Under the pieces are notes generated by a model. The model saw nothing but the letters and a program-made list of their open reading frames with translations. It had not been told where the DNA came from and ran no database searches. The position numbers and the translations under genes were made by a program. From Macrostomum hystrix (lineage: Eukaryota; Animalia; Platyhelminthes), in NCBI GenBank assembly GCA_950097015.1, contig CATNEN010000039.1, positions 13,578,001 through 13,642,000 on the forward strand: DNA of 64,000 bases, read 5' to 3'. Positions 25,675-37,578 of this stretch are shown here, piece after piece (positions within the stretch are counted from its first letter, which is position 1; the number at the start of each line of letters is the position of its first letter).

Positions 25675-25923
25675 ATGACGTCACAGTGCAAACGAACCGC
25701 AAAAGCAAGACACAACTCCGCTTCTATAGTTGCTAAGCGACAATGTCAAAATCAGAGTCATTCGTTTGCGGCTTCTCCAGTTGGTCGATCGAATATTGTC
25801 CGCCTATATGAATCAGGTTTGATTACACAAGTTGTGGCCATCGACTGCGAATTTGTTGGCACGGGTCCCAGAGGCTGCGTCAGCGCCCTCGGCCGCGCCA
25901 GTGTGCTCAACGAACGAGGAGAT
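25675..25923 (+). CDS. REXO4/ISG20-like DEDDh exonuclease, 5' exon only
   Basis: ExoI motif [31 protein letters not shown] followed by a phase-0 GTGAGC donor at 25924. No downstream exonuclease exons are present. Confidence 0.75.
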
Positions 25924-25999
25924 GTGAGCAGTTGCTTTTGTTTTTTTTTTTTTGTAGCTAATTTTTTGGTTGTTTAAGTAGCTTTTCAGATCCTAGTTA

Positions 26000-26405
26000 T
26001 GACTCTGAAAATCCCTATTTTGAGTAGCTATACTCACAAATCCCCAATTTGAGTAGCAATCCTCTCAGATCCCCTATTTGAGTAGCAATCCTCTCAGATC
26101 CCCTATTTAGAGTAGCAATCCTCTCAGATCCCCTATTTGAGTAGCAATCCTCTCAGATCCCCTATTTGAGTAGCAATCCTCTCAGATCCCTTATTTGAGT
26201 AGCCAACCTCTCAGATCCCCAATTTGAGTAGCAATCCTCTCAGATCCCATATTTCAGTAGGCATCCTCTCAGATTCCCTATTTGAGTAGCCAACCTCTCA
26301 AATCCCGTATTTCAGTGGGCATCCTCTCAGATCCCCAATTTGAGTAGCCAACCTCTCAAATCCCGTATTTCAGTAGGCATCCTCTCAGATCCCCTATTTG
26401 AGCTA
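26000..26405 (+). repeat. 28-bp minisatellite of the same family as the 13.6-24.2 kb array (intronic position)
   Basis: (TTTGAGTAGCAATCCTCTCAGATCCCCTA)-like units. Confidence 0.9.
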
Positions 26406-26491
26406 TTGGGTATGTCTGAGAACTTTAAAAGCTTGTTTGCGAAGTTAGGGATACTTTTGTAGAGGCTTGTGAAGATTTTGGAGACTTTAAG

Positions 26492-28419
26492 AAGCTTTTG
26501 AGCTACCTGCTAGGACTCGGCTGGGTCAATCATTTCCACTACGTCCTAGTCAACGCATGCAAACCCAAATTCTTTGCCGATGGCACCCTGCTCAGATTTG
26601 TGGACAGAAGCAGCGGCAAACTCAGATTGGGCACCCACACCGGACCGCTGCAGTCTGGGGTGGTCTACTCGGGAGGTGAATAGTAGATTGGGGAGTAGAT
26701 TGGAGAGTAGATTGGAGAGTAGATTGGAGAGTAGATTGGCAAATAGATCGGGGAGTAGATTGGAGAGTAGTAGATTGGAGAGTAGATTGGCAAGTAGATC
26801 GGGGAGTAGATTGGAGAGTAGATTGGAGAGTAGATTGGAGAGTAGATTGGAGAGTAGATTGGCGAGTAGATTGGAGAGTAGATTGGCAAATAGATCGGGA
26901 GTAGAATGGGGAGTAGATTGGCAAGTAGATTGGGGAGTAGATTGGAGAGTAGATTGGAGAGTAGATTGGCAAGTAGATCGGGAGTAGAATGGGAGTAGAT
27001 TGGCAAGTAGATTGGCAGTAGAATGGGGAGTAGATTGGCAAGTAGATTGGGACTAGAATGGGGAGTAGATTAGAGACAAGAAGTAGATTAAAAAATGCTA
27101 GTACAATTGTGATAAGCAGCCCAGCCAATCACATTCTTCCAACGCAGGCTCCTGCGCGGTGTTCTCCCGCCTGATTGGCTGTCGCGGCAAGGACGTCCTG
27201 TACGCCGGCGATCACATCTTCGGTGACATAATCAAGTCCAAGAAAGTGGGCTGGCGGACTCTGCTTATCGTGCCTGAGTTGGCAAACGAGCTGTTCGTAT
27301 GGAAGCAGGACCAGCAGCTGTTTGAGAGGCTGCAACTGCTGGAGGCTTCACTGGGTCGCATGTACCTGCACTGCACCCTGGCTGGCGGAGAGACCAACCC
27401 GGCCCCGCAACCAGACCATGTTCACCAGTTGCGAGCCGATATTCGCTCGGTTGTACGCGAAATGGACACCGCCTACGGCTTTCTGGGTTCGCTGTTTCGC
27501 TCAGGCGGCCGGCTGACGAGCTTCGCGTACCAGCTGGAGCGATACGCTGATCTCTATGCTCAGCGGGTGACAAATCTGAGACATTATCCTAGCAACTATA
27601 TGTTCCGCTCGCCTCAGAGGCTCATGCCGCACGAGTCCACTGTGACGCGGGCACGCGGGCTGGAGGAGTCGCCGGCGCTGTCGGCGACGGTGCAGCCGGC
27701 GGTGTCGCCGAATCGACGGCGTCGCCCGTGGAAGCCATAGCTGCCACAGCCAGACTGGCTTTGCGAGCCAATTCCGTTGTGGAACGGGGCCGGCAGCGTG
27801 AGTGCCTGCTAGGGTAGACTGGGAACGGATTGGGTAGACTGGGAAGGGACTGGGTAGACTGGGAAGGGACTGGGTAGACTGGGAAGGGACTGGGTAGACT
27901 GGGAAGGGACTGGGTAGACTGGGAAGGTACAGGGTAGACTGGGAAGGTATAGGGTAGACTGGGAAGGTATAGGGTAGACTGGGAAGGTATAGGGTAGACT
28001 GGGAAGGTATAGGGTAGACTGGGAAGGTATAGGGTAGACTGGGAAGGTATAGGGTAGACTGGGAAGGTATAGGGTAGACTGGGAAGGTATAGGGTAGACT
28101 GGGAAGGTATAGGGTAGACTGGGAAGGTATTGGGTAGACTGGGAAGGTATTGGGTAGACTGGGAACACAGAATGGTCAGTGCAAAGGAGTTTGTTCTAAT
28201 ATTGCAGGTCGCATGAGCGCTCCGTCAGTAGACGAGGTGCACTTGGCTGCCTCACTGGTTGCGGATGGTAAGCTCAAAGCTATTATTACTCGTTATTGTT
28301 TTTAAACATTATCACAAATTTGTTTCATGATTTCAGATGACCAAAACCACTTTGTTCCACAATTGACTGAGCAACCCGGCGATGATGAAGATGAAGATGA
28401 TTCGGATGAACTAAATTGA
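26492..28419 (+). CDS. NT5C2: Cytosolic purine 5'-nucleotidase (cN-II), 3' half; exons 26492-26675, 27148-27797, 28208-28267, 28337-28419
   Basis: KPKFFADGTLLRFVD...GKLRLGTHTGPLQSGVVYSGGS, HAD motif [34 protein letters not shown]...RYADLY...MPHESTV, and an acidic tail DDEDEDDSDELN*. Splice phases are consistent, but one indel is needed near 27660-27710. The 5' half is absent. Confidence 0.88.
26690..27075 (+). repeat. 12-bp minisatellite (GAGTAGATTGGA)n filling an NT5C2 intron
   Basis: Seen directly between the donor at 26676 and the acceptor at 27147. Confidence 0.95.
27811..28164 (+). repeat. 20-bp minisatellite (GGGTAGACTGGGAAGGTATA)n filling an NT5C2 intron
   Basis: Seen directly between the donor at 27798 and the acceptor at 28207. 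Confidence 0.95.
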
Positions 28420-28723
28420 ACTTTTTCTTATAATTTGTGACCAAAAGCGGTACACAATTAGTTTTTGCTTGGTTTTATCGCAATTTGATCTTCCGTTTTG
28501 AGAATTGCGCTCGTAGATCAGTGGAAAAGGCCTCTTAAATTGCCCCACCCCATTCCATTGTTAGTATTTTTGTGTTATATTCGCATATTTTCGCTTTTTC
28601 TCTACTCACAGTAGCTCATTGCGCATGTAAAAATAGATTTCATTTGAGCATTAAAATTTTCTTTAGGTTATAGCCGCTTGACAGTTTCATTAAAACATTG
28701 CACTGCTCTACATAAGTCTGCGC

Positions 28724-29498
28724 TTTTTTGTCAGATTGTGTGTACAGCTGTCAGTTTTTTTTGTCAGATTGTGTGTACAGCTGTCAGTTTTTTTTCAGAT
28801 TGTGTGTACAGCTGTCAGTTTTTTTGTCAGATTGTGTGTACAGCTGTCAGTTTTTTTGTCAGATTGTGTGTACAGCTGTCAGTTTTTTTGTCAGATTGTG
28901 TGTACAGCTGTCAGTTTTTTTGTCAGATTGTGTGTACAGCTGTCAGTTTTTTTGTCAGATTGTGTGTACAGCTGTCAGTTTTTTTGTCAGATTGTGTGTA
29001 CAGCTGTCAGTTTTTTTGTCAGATTGTGTGTACAGCTGTCAGTTTTTTTGTCAGATTGTGTGTACAGCTGTCAGTTTTTTTGTCAGATTGTGTGTACAGC
29101 TGTCAGTTTTTTTGTCAGATTGTGTGTACAGCTGTCAGTTTTTTTGTCAGATTGTGTGTACAGCTGTCAGTTTTTTTGTCAGATTGTGTGTACAGCTGTC
29201 AGTTTTTTTGTCAGATTGTGTGTACAGCTGTCTGTTTTTTTGTCAGATTGTGTGTACAGCTGTCTGTTTTTTTGTCAGATTGTGTGTACAGCTGTCTGTT
29301 TTTTTGTCAGATTGTGTGTACAGCTGTCTGTTTTTTTGTCAGATTGTGTGTACAGCTGTCTGTTTTTTGTCAGATTGTGTGTACAGCTGTCAGTTTTTTT
29401 GTCAGATTGTGTGTACAGCTGTCTGTTTTTTGTCAGATTGTGTGTACAACTGTCAGTTTTTTTGTCAGATTGTGTGTACAGCTGTCAGTTTTTTTTGT
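28724..29498 (+). repeat. 32-bp minisatellite (T7-GTCAGATTGTGTGTACAGCTGTCAG)n
   Basis: About 24 units seen directly. Confidence 0.95.
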
Positions 29499-30461
29499 CC
29501 AAAATTGATTTTACTGACTAGTTTTAGCTTTGAGCCCTCAGCTATTTTCAGGGGTGCATCTTCCTCCTTTCGACTATTGCAATAAGCAGTTTTTCTCTCT
29601 TTTCTTATCAATTTTGTCGTTTTAAGAGTAGAAAAACGATGGGGGTTTCAAATACCTACAATTTTCTTTTTCTTCATCTCCCAAAATATTTAGCCAATAG
29701 CCATGAAAATCCAGAAATCTCGTCCGTGTGTCTGGTGGCAAAAAAACAATTATTTTCTGCTTGGGAGCTATTGTGAAGAAGTCAGTGGGTATTCCCGTGT
29801 TCTTTCTACTGTTAAATAAAAGCATCAGGATCTCCATACTATATTGTTGTGCCTTTTAAATTCAATAATTTTCAAATACCCAACATGAAATACGAGTACA
29901 TCCTCAATTTAAATTTGTATACATACTTTGGAACATATTCTTTGTTATTACAGCCTGTTAGCCTACAGATGTATACATTACTCCTCCTTTTCTCAGTGTG
30001 GCTACGGAAAAATTCTTTCTTTACCTCGATGGCTTCGCCTCGGCCTAAGAAGCGCGTCCTCGGCCTTTCTCTGCCATAGAAACCAAAAGAACAGACAAAG
30101 ATTATATAAGTAAGCTAGAAAGCTTCTAATAGTACAACACAAAAGTTCATCTCAGAAAAGTCGTGCACGAAAAAAGCAAAGTAGAGCTGAAATTTGCCAT
30201 AGACAAAAGGCGGGCACCCCTGTGTCAGCCAGCGCTGCCATAGACCGAGCCGGCTCGCACCTGCATTCTCTGCAGCATATTGAAGGGGCAGCGGCCCGAA
30301 ACGAAGAATCAAATCCAACAACTGACAACACTCGACTAAGCATTCTGGCCGATTCTACTCAGCCGTTGCAAACCTGATCAAGAATTGACTGCAGTTCAAC
30401 TGCCACCTGCCAGCTAATCGACCAAATCTAACTGGGCTATTCGGAATCGAAGCTGGCAATC

Positions 30462-31268
30462 ATGACGACTATGAAGCTGGTTATTGTTGGCGTGTTTCTT
30501 GCACTTGGAGGCATTCAGCTGGCTGATTGTATTAAATGTATCTGGTCGAAAAATTGGATAGCAACATTTTCTCATTATAAGTATGATTCAATGAAAAATG
30601 TTGAAACACATTGTCCTCCAGGCACCACCAAGTGTAATGTGGAATATCATCCTAGAAGTACATTTGACCTAGAAGTGGTGAGCGACCGAATGAATTGAAC
30701 TAATTTAATTAGCATATCAATTCGAAATCATAAAGCAACAGTTTGCCCTATAAATTTTGCCCCATGCGGAAACTTTTTTTAGCCACTGACATATGGTTGC
30801 GGCGCCTGTCCCCGTACAAAATATTGCAAAGACTGCACGGGTGAAAACTGCAATAAAGCGAGTGTATTAAACTTGACCAATGATCTAGAACGTGATCTGG
30901 TGCCATGCCTTATAAAGAAAAGATTTACTAGACCTATAGATGGTGAAGCTTTTTGCCGTCAATCAGAAAAGTGTCTTAAATTTGTTCATACAAATCATCA
31001 ATCTCGAGCATACGCAACCATTTTCGGCTGTGAAAATTGGATGAACAGTAATTATGGCAATGTAACCGAATTAGAACACTACGAATGTAGACCAAACGCA
31101 GAAAAAACTGATTGTATCACATTACGAATCCACACTCCGTCTGCAACCACGACTTCTGGGGATGCTTGGCACCCGAATTGGCCGCTCGTAGCCGTACTGC
31201 TGGGCTGCACGAAGCTGATAGCGATTCTGATTGCGCTGTTTATTAAGTTCTGTCTGAAAATGTGCTGA
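30462..31268 (+). CDS. Three-finger (Ly6/uPAR/3FTx-like) two-domain membrane protein, paralog A; exons 30462-30677, 30783-31268
   Basis: Signal peptide MKLVIVGVFLALGGIQLADC. Eight-Cys domain IKC...HCP..TKC...YGCGACP...CKDCTGENCN, a second 6-Cys domain, and a C-terminal hydrophobic segment. Phase-0 105-bp GT-AG intron. Confidence 0.8.
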
Positions 31269-31440
31269 AAATATCAAAACGCTAAAAGTCTCCACTCAAT
31301 AACAAAAACTGACAGATTTCCTTTGCAAATCTCAAGCATGCCAGGCTTGTCACATTTTATTACTAAATTATATATATATATATCTGAATTCCGAACTTTT
31401 TTAACACTCCGTGCAAGCTGCACAATGATCAGTTAAACCT

Positions 31441-32137
31441 GGCTTTGTCACATAGGCTGGGAAAATGTCAAACGGGTTGGGGATTTGTCACATAGGTTGG
31501 GAAAATGTCTAACGGGTTGGGGATTTGTCTAACGGTTGGGGATTTGTCTAACGGGCTGGTGATTTGTCTAACGGGTTGGGGATTTGTCTAACGGGTTGGG
31601 GATTTGTCACATAGGTTGGGAAAATGTCAAACGGGTTGGGGATTTGTCACATAGGTTGGGAAAATGTCAAACGGGTTGGGGATTTGTCACATAGGTTGGG
31701 AAAATGTCAAACGGGTTGGGGATTTGTCTAACGGGTTGGGGATTTGTCTAACGGGCTGGTGATTTGTCTAACTGGTTGGTGATTTGTCTAACGGGCTGGT
31801 GATTTGTCTAACTGGCTGGTGATTTGTCTAACTGGTTGGTGATTTGTCTAACTGGTTGGTGATTTGTCTAACTGGTTGGTGATTTGTCTAACTGGTTGGT
31901 GATTTGTCTAACTGGTTGGTGATTTGTCTAACGGGCTGGTGATTTGTCTAACTGGTTGGTGATTTGTCTAACGGGTTGGTGATTTACGTCTAACGGGCTG
32001 GTGATTTGTCTAACTGGTTGGTGATTTGTCTAACGGGCTGGTGATTTGTCTAACGGGCTGGTGATTTGTCTAACGGGCTGGTGATTTGTCTAACAGACAG
32101 TTAGAAAATCCCTAGCGCATTAGGAAAAGGCGATACC
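31441..32137 (+). repeat. 20-bp minisatellite (GGTGATTTGTCTAACGGGCT)n inside a MITE-like element, copy A (~33 units)
   Basis: Tandem units followed by an inverted related arm GTTAGAAAATCCCTAGCGCATTAGGAAAAGGC at ~32100-32132. Confidence 0.85.
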
Positions 32138-32424
32138 AATTAATTATAATAACTAAATCAACAGAATTATTGGCCAAGAACGCTCACACTTTGTCTGCAA
32201 AGTGTCAATTTGTAGACACTTTGTTAATTTCTTAAATTATCACTGACAGTTTTAAACCAAAACGAAAAGAGCCTGGTGCAAATTTTTGAATTTACGCGCT
32301 CCGTTTAGACAAGTAAGACACGTTTTTTCGTTAACAACATTTTATTTTTATTTTCAAACTTTACGAAACTTGGCAAATAGACTTCAGAAAGTGGACTGCA
32401 TTTTGGACCTTGCCTTCTGATCTG

Positions 32425-33750
32425 TTCTCCCCTTTCGTATCTCCCCTCTTAGTTCTCCACTTTCATATCTCCCCTCTCAGTTCTCCCCTCTCAGATCTCC
32501 CCTCTCTAATTTCCCCTCTCAGATCTCCCCTCTCAGTTCTCCTATCTCAGATCTCCCCTCTCAGTTCTACTATCTAATATCTCCCCTCTCAGATCTCCTA
32601 TCTCAGATTTCCCCTCTCAGATCTCCCCTCTCAGTTTTACTATCTAATATCTCCCCTCTCAGATCTCCTATCTCAGATTTCCCCTCTCAGATCTCCCCTC
32701 TCAGTTCTACTATCTGATATCTCCCCTCTCAGATCTCCCCTCTAAGATCTCCTATCTCAGTTCTCCCCTCTCAGATCTCCCCTCTCTAATTTCCCCTCTC
32801 AGATCTCCCCTCTCAGATCTCCCCTCTCAGATCTCCCCTCTCAGATCTCCCCTCTCAGATCTCCCCTCTCAGATCTCCTGTTTCAGATCTCCCCTCTCAG
32901 TTCTCCTATCTCAGATCTCCCCTCTCAGATCTCCCCTCTCAGGTCTCCTGTTTCAGATCTCCCCTCTCAGATCTCCTGTTTCAGATCTCCCCTCTAAGAT
33001 CTCCTATCTCAGATTTCCCCTCTCAGATCTCCCCTCTCAGTTCTACTATCTAACATCTCCCCTCTCTGATCTCCCCTCTCAGTTCTACTATCTAATATCT
33101 CCCCTCTCAGATCTCCCCTCTCAGTTCTCCTATCTCAGATCTCCCCTCTCAGATCTCCCCTCTCAGATCTCCTGTTTCAGATCTCCCCTCTAAGATCTCC
33201 TATCTCAGATTTCCCCTCTCAGATCTCCCCTCTCAGTTCTACTATCTAACATCTCCCCTCTCAGATCTCCCCTCTCAGTTTTCCTATCTCAGATCTCCCC
33301 TCTCAGATCTCCCCTCTCAGTTCTCCTATCTCAGATCTCCCCTCTCAGATCTCCCCTCTCAGATCTCCTGTTTCAGATCTCCCCTCTAAGATCTCCTATC
33401 TCAGATTTCCCCTCTCAGATCTCCCCTCTCAGTTCTACTATCTAACATCTCCCCTCTCAGATCTCCCCTCTCAGTTTTCCTCTCTCAGATCTCCCCTCTC
33501 AGATCTCCCCTCTCAGTTCTACTATCTAACATCTCCCCTCTCAGATCTCCCCTCTCAGTTCTACTATCTAACATCTCCCCTCTCAGATCTCCCCTCTCAG
33601 TTCTCCTATCTCAGATCTCCCCTCTCAGATCTCCCCTCTCAGATCTACTATCTAACATCTCCCCTCTCAGATCTCCCCTCTCAGTTCTCCTATCTCAGAT
33701 ATCCCCTCTCAGATCATCCCTCTCAGTTCCCCGATCTCAGATCTCCCCTG
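32425..33750 (+). repeat. 14-bp minisatellite (AGATCTCCCCTCTC)n, copy A
   Basis: Seen directly, with variant units. Confidence 0.95.
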
Positions 33751-34197
33751 ACCCACATCAGAAAAATGCGGTAGGTCTGCAAAAAATGCGGTAGGTCTGC
33801 AAAAAATGCGGTAGGTCGGCTGTAGCTTTTTTTCTATATTGCTTTTTTTATTTGACTGAAAAGCAATAAAATATATTAGTCAAGGAAAGAAATTGTTTTT
33901 ATTGTCATCTACAAAATAATAGTGGAAATGCAGGGCTTTCTCAACCCACCGGGTTCTCAGCTAAAATTCAATTCAATACTTTTCAATTAATAAATAACTA
34001 AACGAATGGAAACTTAGTATATAATGAAATGCAACATATCAGTAAATTTTTTCGGAAAGCAGCTTAGAAAGCTTTACTCAGAACTCTTAAGAAACAGGAA
34101 GTGTACCGTTTTTCTGCACCAAATGTGGAATTAGAGAATTTCAGCGGTTTACTGAAAACATGACCTAAGTCTTTGTACAACTTTCGCAGCTTCATGC

Positions 34198-34680
34198 AGT
34201 ACAGCTGTGACCTGAGTCACTGAAGGATCATGGAGTACAGCTGTGACCTGAGTCACTGAAGGATCATAAGGATAGCTGTGACCTGAGTCACTGAAGGATC
34301 ATGAAGTACAGCTGTGACCTGAGTCACTGAAGGATCATAAAGGATAGCTGTGACCTGAGTCACTGAAGGATCTTGAAGTACAGCTGTGACCTGAGTCACT
34401 GAAGGATCATAAAGGATAGCTGTGACCTGAGTCAGTGAAGGATCATAAAGGATAGCTGTGACCTGAGTCACTGAAGGATCATGGAGTACAGCTGTGACCT
34501 GAGTCACTGAAGGATCATGGAGTACAGCTGTGGCCTGAGTCTCTGAAGGATCATGGAGTACAGCTGTGACCTGAGTCACTGAAGGATCATAAAGGATAGC
34601 TGTGACCTGAGTCACTGAAGGATCATGGAGTACAGCTGTGGCCTGAGTCACTGAAGGATCTTGAAGTACAGCTGAAGTAC
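34198..34680 (+). repeat. 36-bp minisatellite (GTACAGCTGTGACCTGAGTCACTGAAGGATCATGGA)n
   Basis: About 13 units seen directly. Confidence 0.95.
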
Positions 34681-34689
34681 AGAATTCCT

Positions 34690-34945
34690 TTTACCACGAC
34701 GACCCCTAACACGACCAGTGCACAACCAAACTACTACCCAATGCCTACCAGGAAGATTTAAAGTGTCTGTATTCGCCACAAAAAGTATGCTTTTCCATCT
34801 TGAGGTGAATTCCTTATACTCTGGATCGAATCTTGCGGATAGACACCCAAAAAACAGCATTGTGCAAACCGACACATAGTTTTGTAATGACTGATAGCAG
34901 AAATCTGTTTGTGACACCACGCCACCAGATGTTCGGATTCACTTC
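34690..34945 (-). pseudogene. Polinton/adintovirus adenain-like cysteine protease relic
   Basis: CCFLGVYPQDSI followed, after a frameshift, by FVANTDTLNLPGRHWVVVWL (F-x-G-V-(F/Y)-P-x-D and N-T-D-x4-P-G-x-H-W motifs). Lies directly downstream of an MCP C-terminus and is truncated by the 36-bp array. Confidence 0.75.
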
Positions 34946-35085
34946 CATGCTGTACCAGGCACAACGTCGCGAAGTTCGGTGATTTGTAGCTGTTTGTCAA
35001 AAAGAACTCCGAACACTACGTTGTACACATCGGGTGTTGCCTGTGCGAAGCGCAACTCTAGCTTTACTTTGCCTTCCTTATACCG
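34939..35085 (-). pseudogene. Polinton/adintovirus major capsid protein C-terminus relic (copy A)
   Basis: RYKEGKVKLELRFAQATPDVYNVVFGVLFDKQLQITELRDVVPGTAWK*. Shares ~43 bp nearly identical with 42276-42319. Confidence 0.7.
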
Positions 35086-35269
35086 GGTGGTCCATGCGTT
35101 TAAGGGCAACCTTAAAAATAGAAGAAAGCAAAGCCAGCGGTAGCTAGAGCATAATAGTTTTGGTCATAGACAAAATAGTATCTATATAGTCTGTAGCTGC
35201 CGCGAAAATTTTCGGCAACTTCGCATTAGCCATGAATCGCGCTAAACGTTTGATGGTGGTAGACCAGGT

Positions 35270-36155
35270 GGGTGTTTCATAGAAGTGACAAGTTACAAGT
35301 GACTAGCGACAAGTCGACAAGCTACAAGTTACAAGTGCCAGAGATTTTTGTTTCATAGGTCGATTTGTAAGTCTCACGACAAGCTACAAGCTGCCTGAGT
35401 AGTGAACGAAAATGTCTATGTCCAAAACCGGGGTCGGTCGTAGTGAGAAAGAACGAATAATCCATAGTCGACCCTATGCATTGGACGATGCCACTGCACT
35501 GACAAAGAAAAATAATGCCACTCACGGTCGAGAGCAAGAATTCTCTGCTGCGTCTGATAAGCGAAAGAAAGGCTGATCTATTTGGCGAATTTTCCGCAAC
35601 AATTACGAAGGAAAAACGCGTGGCTGCTTGGAAAGAAGTTGTGACGACGTGCAAAAGTGATTACGGTTTCGACCCATGTCCTGGAAAAGACTACACCTAC
35701 GTAAGGGACACCTTGTGGCCAAACATCGCGCGGGGTATAAGCCCAGCACAGATAGCAGAGAACCTCAATGTTGCAAGGTCGTTTGTTTACGCCGTCAAGA
35801 GCGACATTGAAGAAGTTGGAGCTGCTGCGGCAGTTGAAAGGAAACCCCACAACTCTCCAAGACCAATCAGGTCAGAGGAGCTTCGCGAAACTGTGGCTGA
35901 GAGGATCAAAGCTGACCCTCGAGTGTCCATCAGGGAGCTTGCCAGGTCAAGTGGTGTTTCAAGGAGCACGATGCAGAGGCTGGTACACGAAGACCTTGAC
36001 CTCAGTTCGTATAAGATTAAAGAATCGGTGCCGTCAATTAATCAACCGACTGAAAGGACCGGACGCCGGGAAGGTTCTGATCTTCAGCGATGAGAAGTTC
36101 TGGACCGTCGACAGGGCCTTCAATCGACAGAATGACCGATATCTGGCACCGTCAG
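35270..36155 (+). mobile_element. Chimeric DNA-transposon relic: Harbinger-type left end and Myb/SANT-like ORF fused in frame to a Tc1/mariner (maT/DD37D-like) transposase fragment
   Basis: ORF 35515-36093 begins LLRLISERKADLFGEFSATITKEKRVAAWKEV...YVRDTLWPNI (Myb/SANT-like). It continues with HTHs ISPAQIAENLNVARSFVY and PRVSIRELARSSGVSRSTMQRLVHEDL. A shifted frame gives VLIFSDEKFWTVDRAFNRQNDRY. ACAAG subterminal repeats at 35287-35338. Confidence 0.7.
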
Positions 36156-36760
36156 TATTTGTTGTAAAAAAACAAATAAAATTGACGACAAATAATTTTT
36201 AACAAAAATACTTTCATATTGTTAGTAAAATGATTTTACGCAAATTTGAAGAAACTTTATTTAAGTTTAGTTTGAGATTTTGTCTTGTGTATATAGCTTG
36301 GTCTGCTATTTTAACTTTGCCAAGCTCAAAGCTCAAATATGGGCCCATGGGAAACATACATTCAATGCATGTAAAGTGCAATACTTCTTTGTTAGAGAGA
36401 AACTCCAATAAGCTAGAAAGATTTCTAATAGTACAACACAAAAGTTCATCTCAGAAAAGTCGTGCACGAAAAAAGCAAAGTAGAGCTGAAATTTGCCATA
36501 GACAAAAGGCGGGCACCCCTGTGTCAGCCAGCGCTGCCTTAGACCGAGCCGGCTCGCACCTGCATTCTCTGCAGCATATTGAAGGGGCAGCGGCCCGAAA
36601 CGAAGAATCAAATCCAACAACTGACAACACTCGACTAAGCATTCTGGCCGATTCTACTCAGCCGTTGCAAACCTGATCAAGAATTGACTGCAGTTCAACT
36701 GCCACCTGCCAGCTAATCGACCAAATCTAACTGGGCTATTCGGAATCGAAGCTGGCAATC

Positions 36761-37578
36761 ATGACGACTATGAAGCTGGTTATTGTTGGCGTGTTTCTTG
36801 CACTTGGAGGCATTCAGCTGGCTGATTGTATTAAATGTATCTGGTCGGGCCATTTTGTGCCATTTTTTTCTAAGTATAAGAGTGATTCAATGAATGGTGT
36901 TGACACACATTGTCCAACCATCACCAAGTGTAAAGTGGATTATGATGATCCTGGATTTGGATTTGGTGAAGTGGTGAGTGACCGAATGAATTAAACTAAT
37001 TTAATTAGCATATCAATTCGAAATCATAAAGCAACAGTTTGCCCTATAAATTTTGCCCTATGCGGAAACTTTTTTAGGGACTGACATATGGTTGCGGCGC
37101 CTGTCCCCGTACAAAATATTGCAAAGACTGCACGGGTGATTACTGCAATAAAGCGAGTGTATTAAACTTGATCAATGATCTAGAACGTGAACTGGTACCA
37201 TGCCTTCGCTACACAAAATTGTCTAAAGAATCGAAACCTCCACCTCCAGTTGAAACTTTTTGCCGTCCGTTAGATAAGTGCTTTAAATTTTTTACTAGAA
37301 AGCCTCTTGCTCAACACATTCAAGCAAACGCAACCATTATCGGCTGTGAAAGTTCGATGAACTTTTCATATAGCGATGTAACCGGATTTGAACGCTACGA
37401 ATGTAGACCAAACGCAGAAAAAACTGATTGTATCAAATTACATCACATTACGAATGCTTGGCACCCTAATTGGCTGTTAGTAGCCGTACTGCTGGGTTGC
37501 ACGATGCTGATCGCGATGCTGATTGCGCTGCTGATTGCGCTGTTTATTAGGCGTTATTCTTTTCTTGCTCTTTTATGA
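36761..37578 (+). CDS. Three-finger (Ly6/uPAR/3FTx-like) two-domain membrane protein, paralog B; exons 36761-36973, 37078-37578
   Basis: Identical signal peptide and Cys scaffold to paralog A (YGCGACPRTKYCKDCTGDYCN) with divergent loops. 104-bp phase-0 intron. TM segment WLLVAVLLGCTMLIAMLIALLIALFI. Confidence 0.8.

Noticed and set aside
26574-29585. ORFs made of LESR/IYSP, PSQST and FFCQIVCTAVS repeats
   Set aside because: Translations of intronic or intergenic minisatellites.
30115-30343. Minus-strand ORFs conserved between duplicates (also 36333-36642)
   Set aside because: Conservation reflects the recent duplication of the promoter/5' UTR, and there are no protein features.
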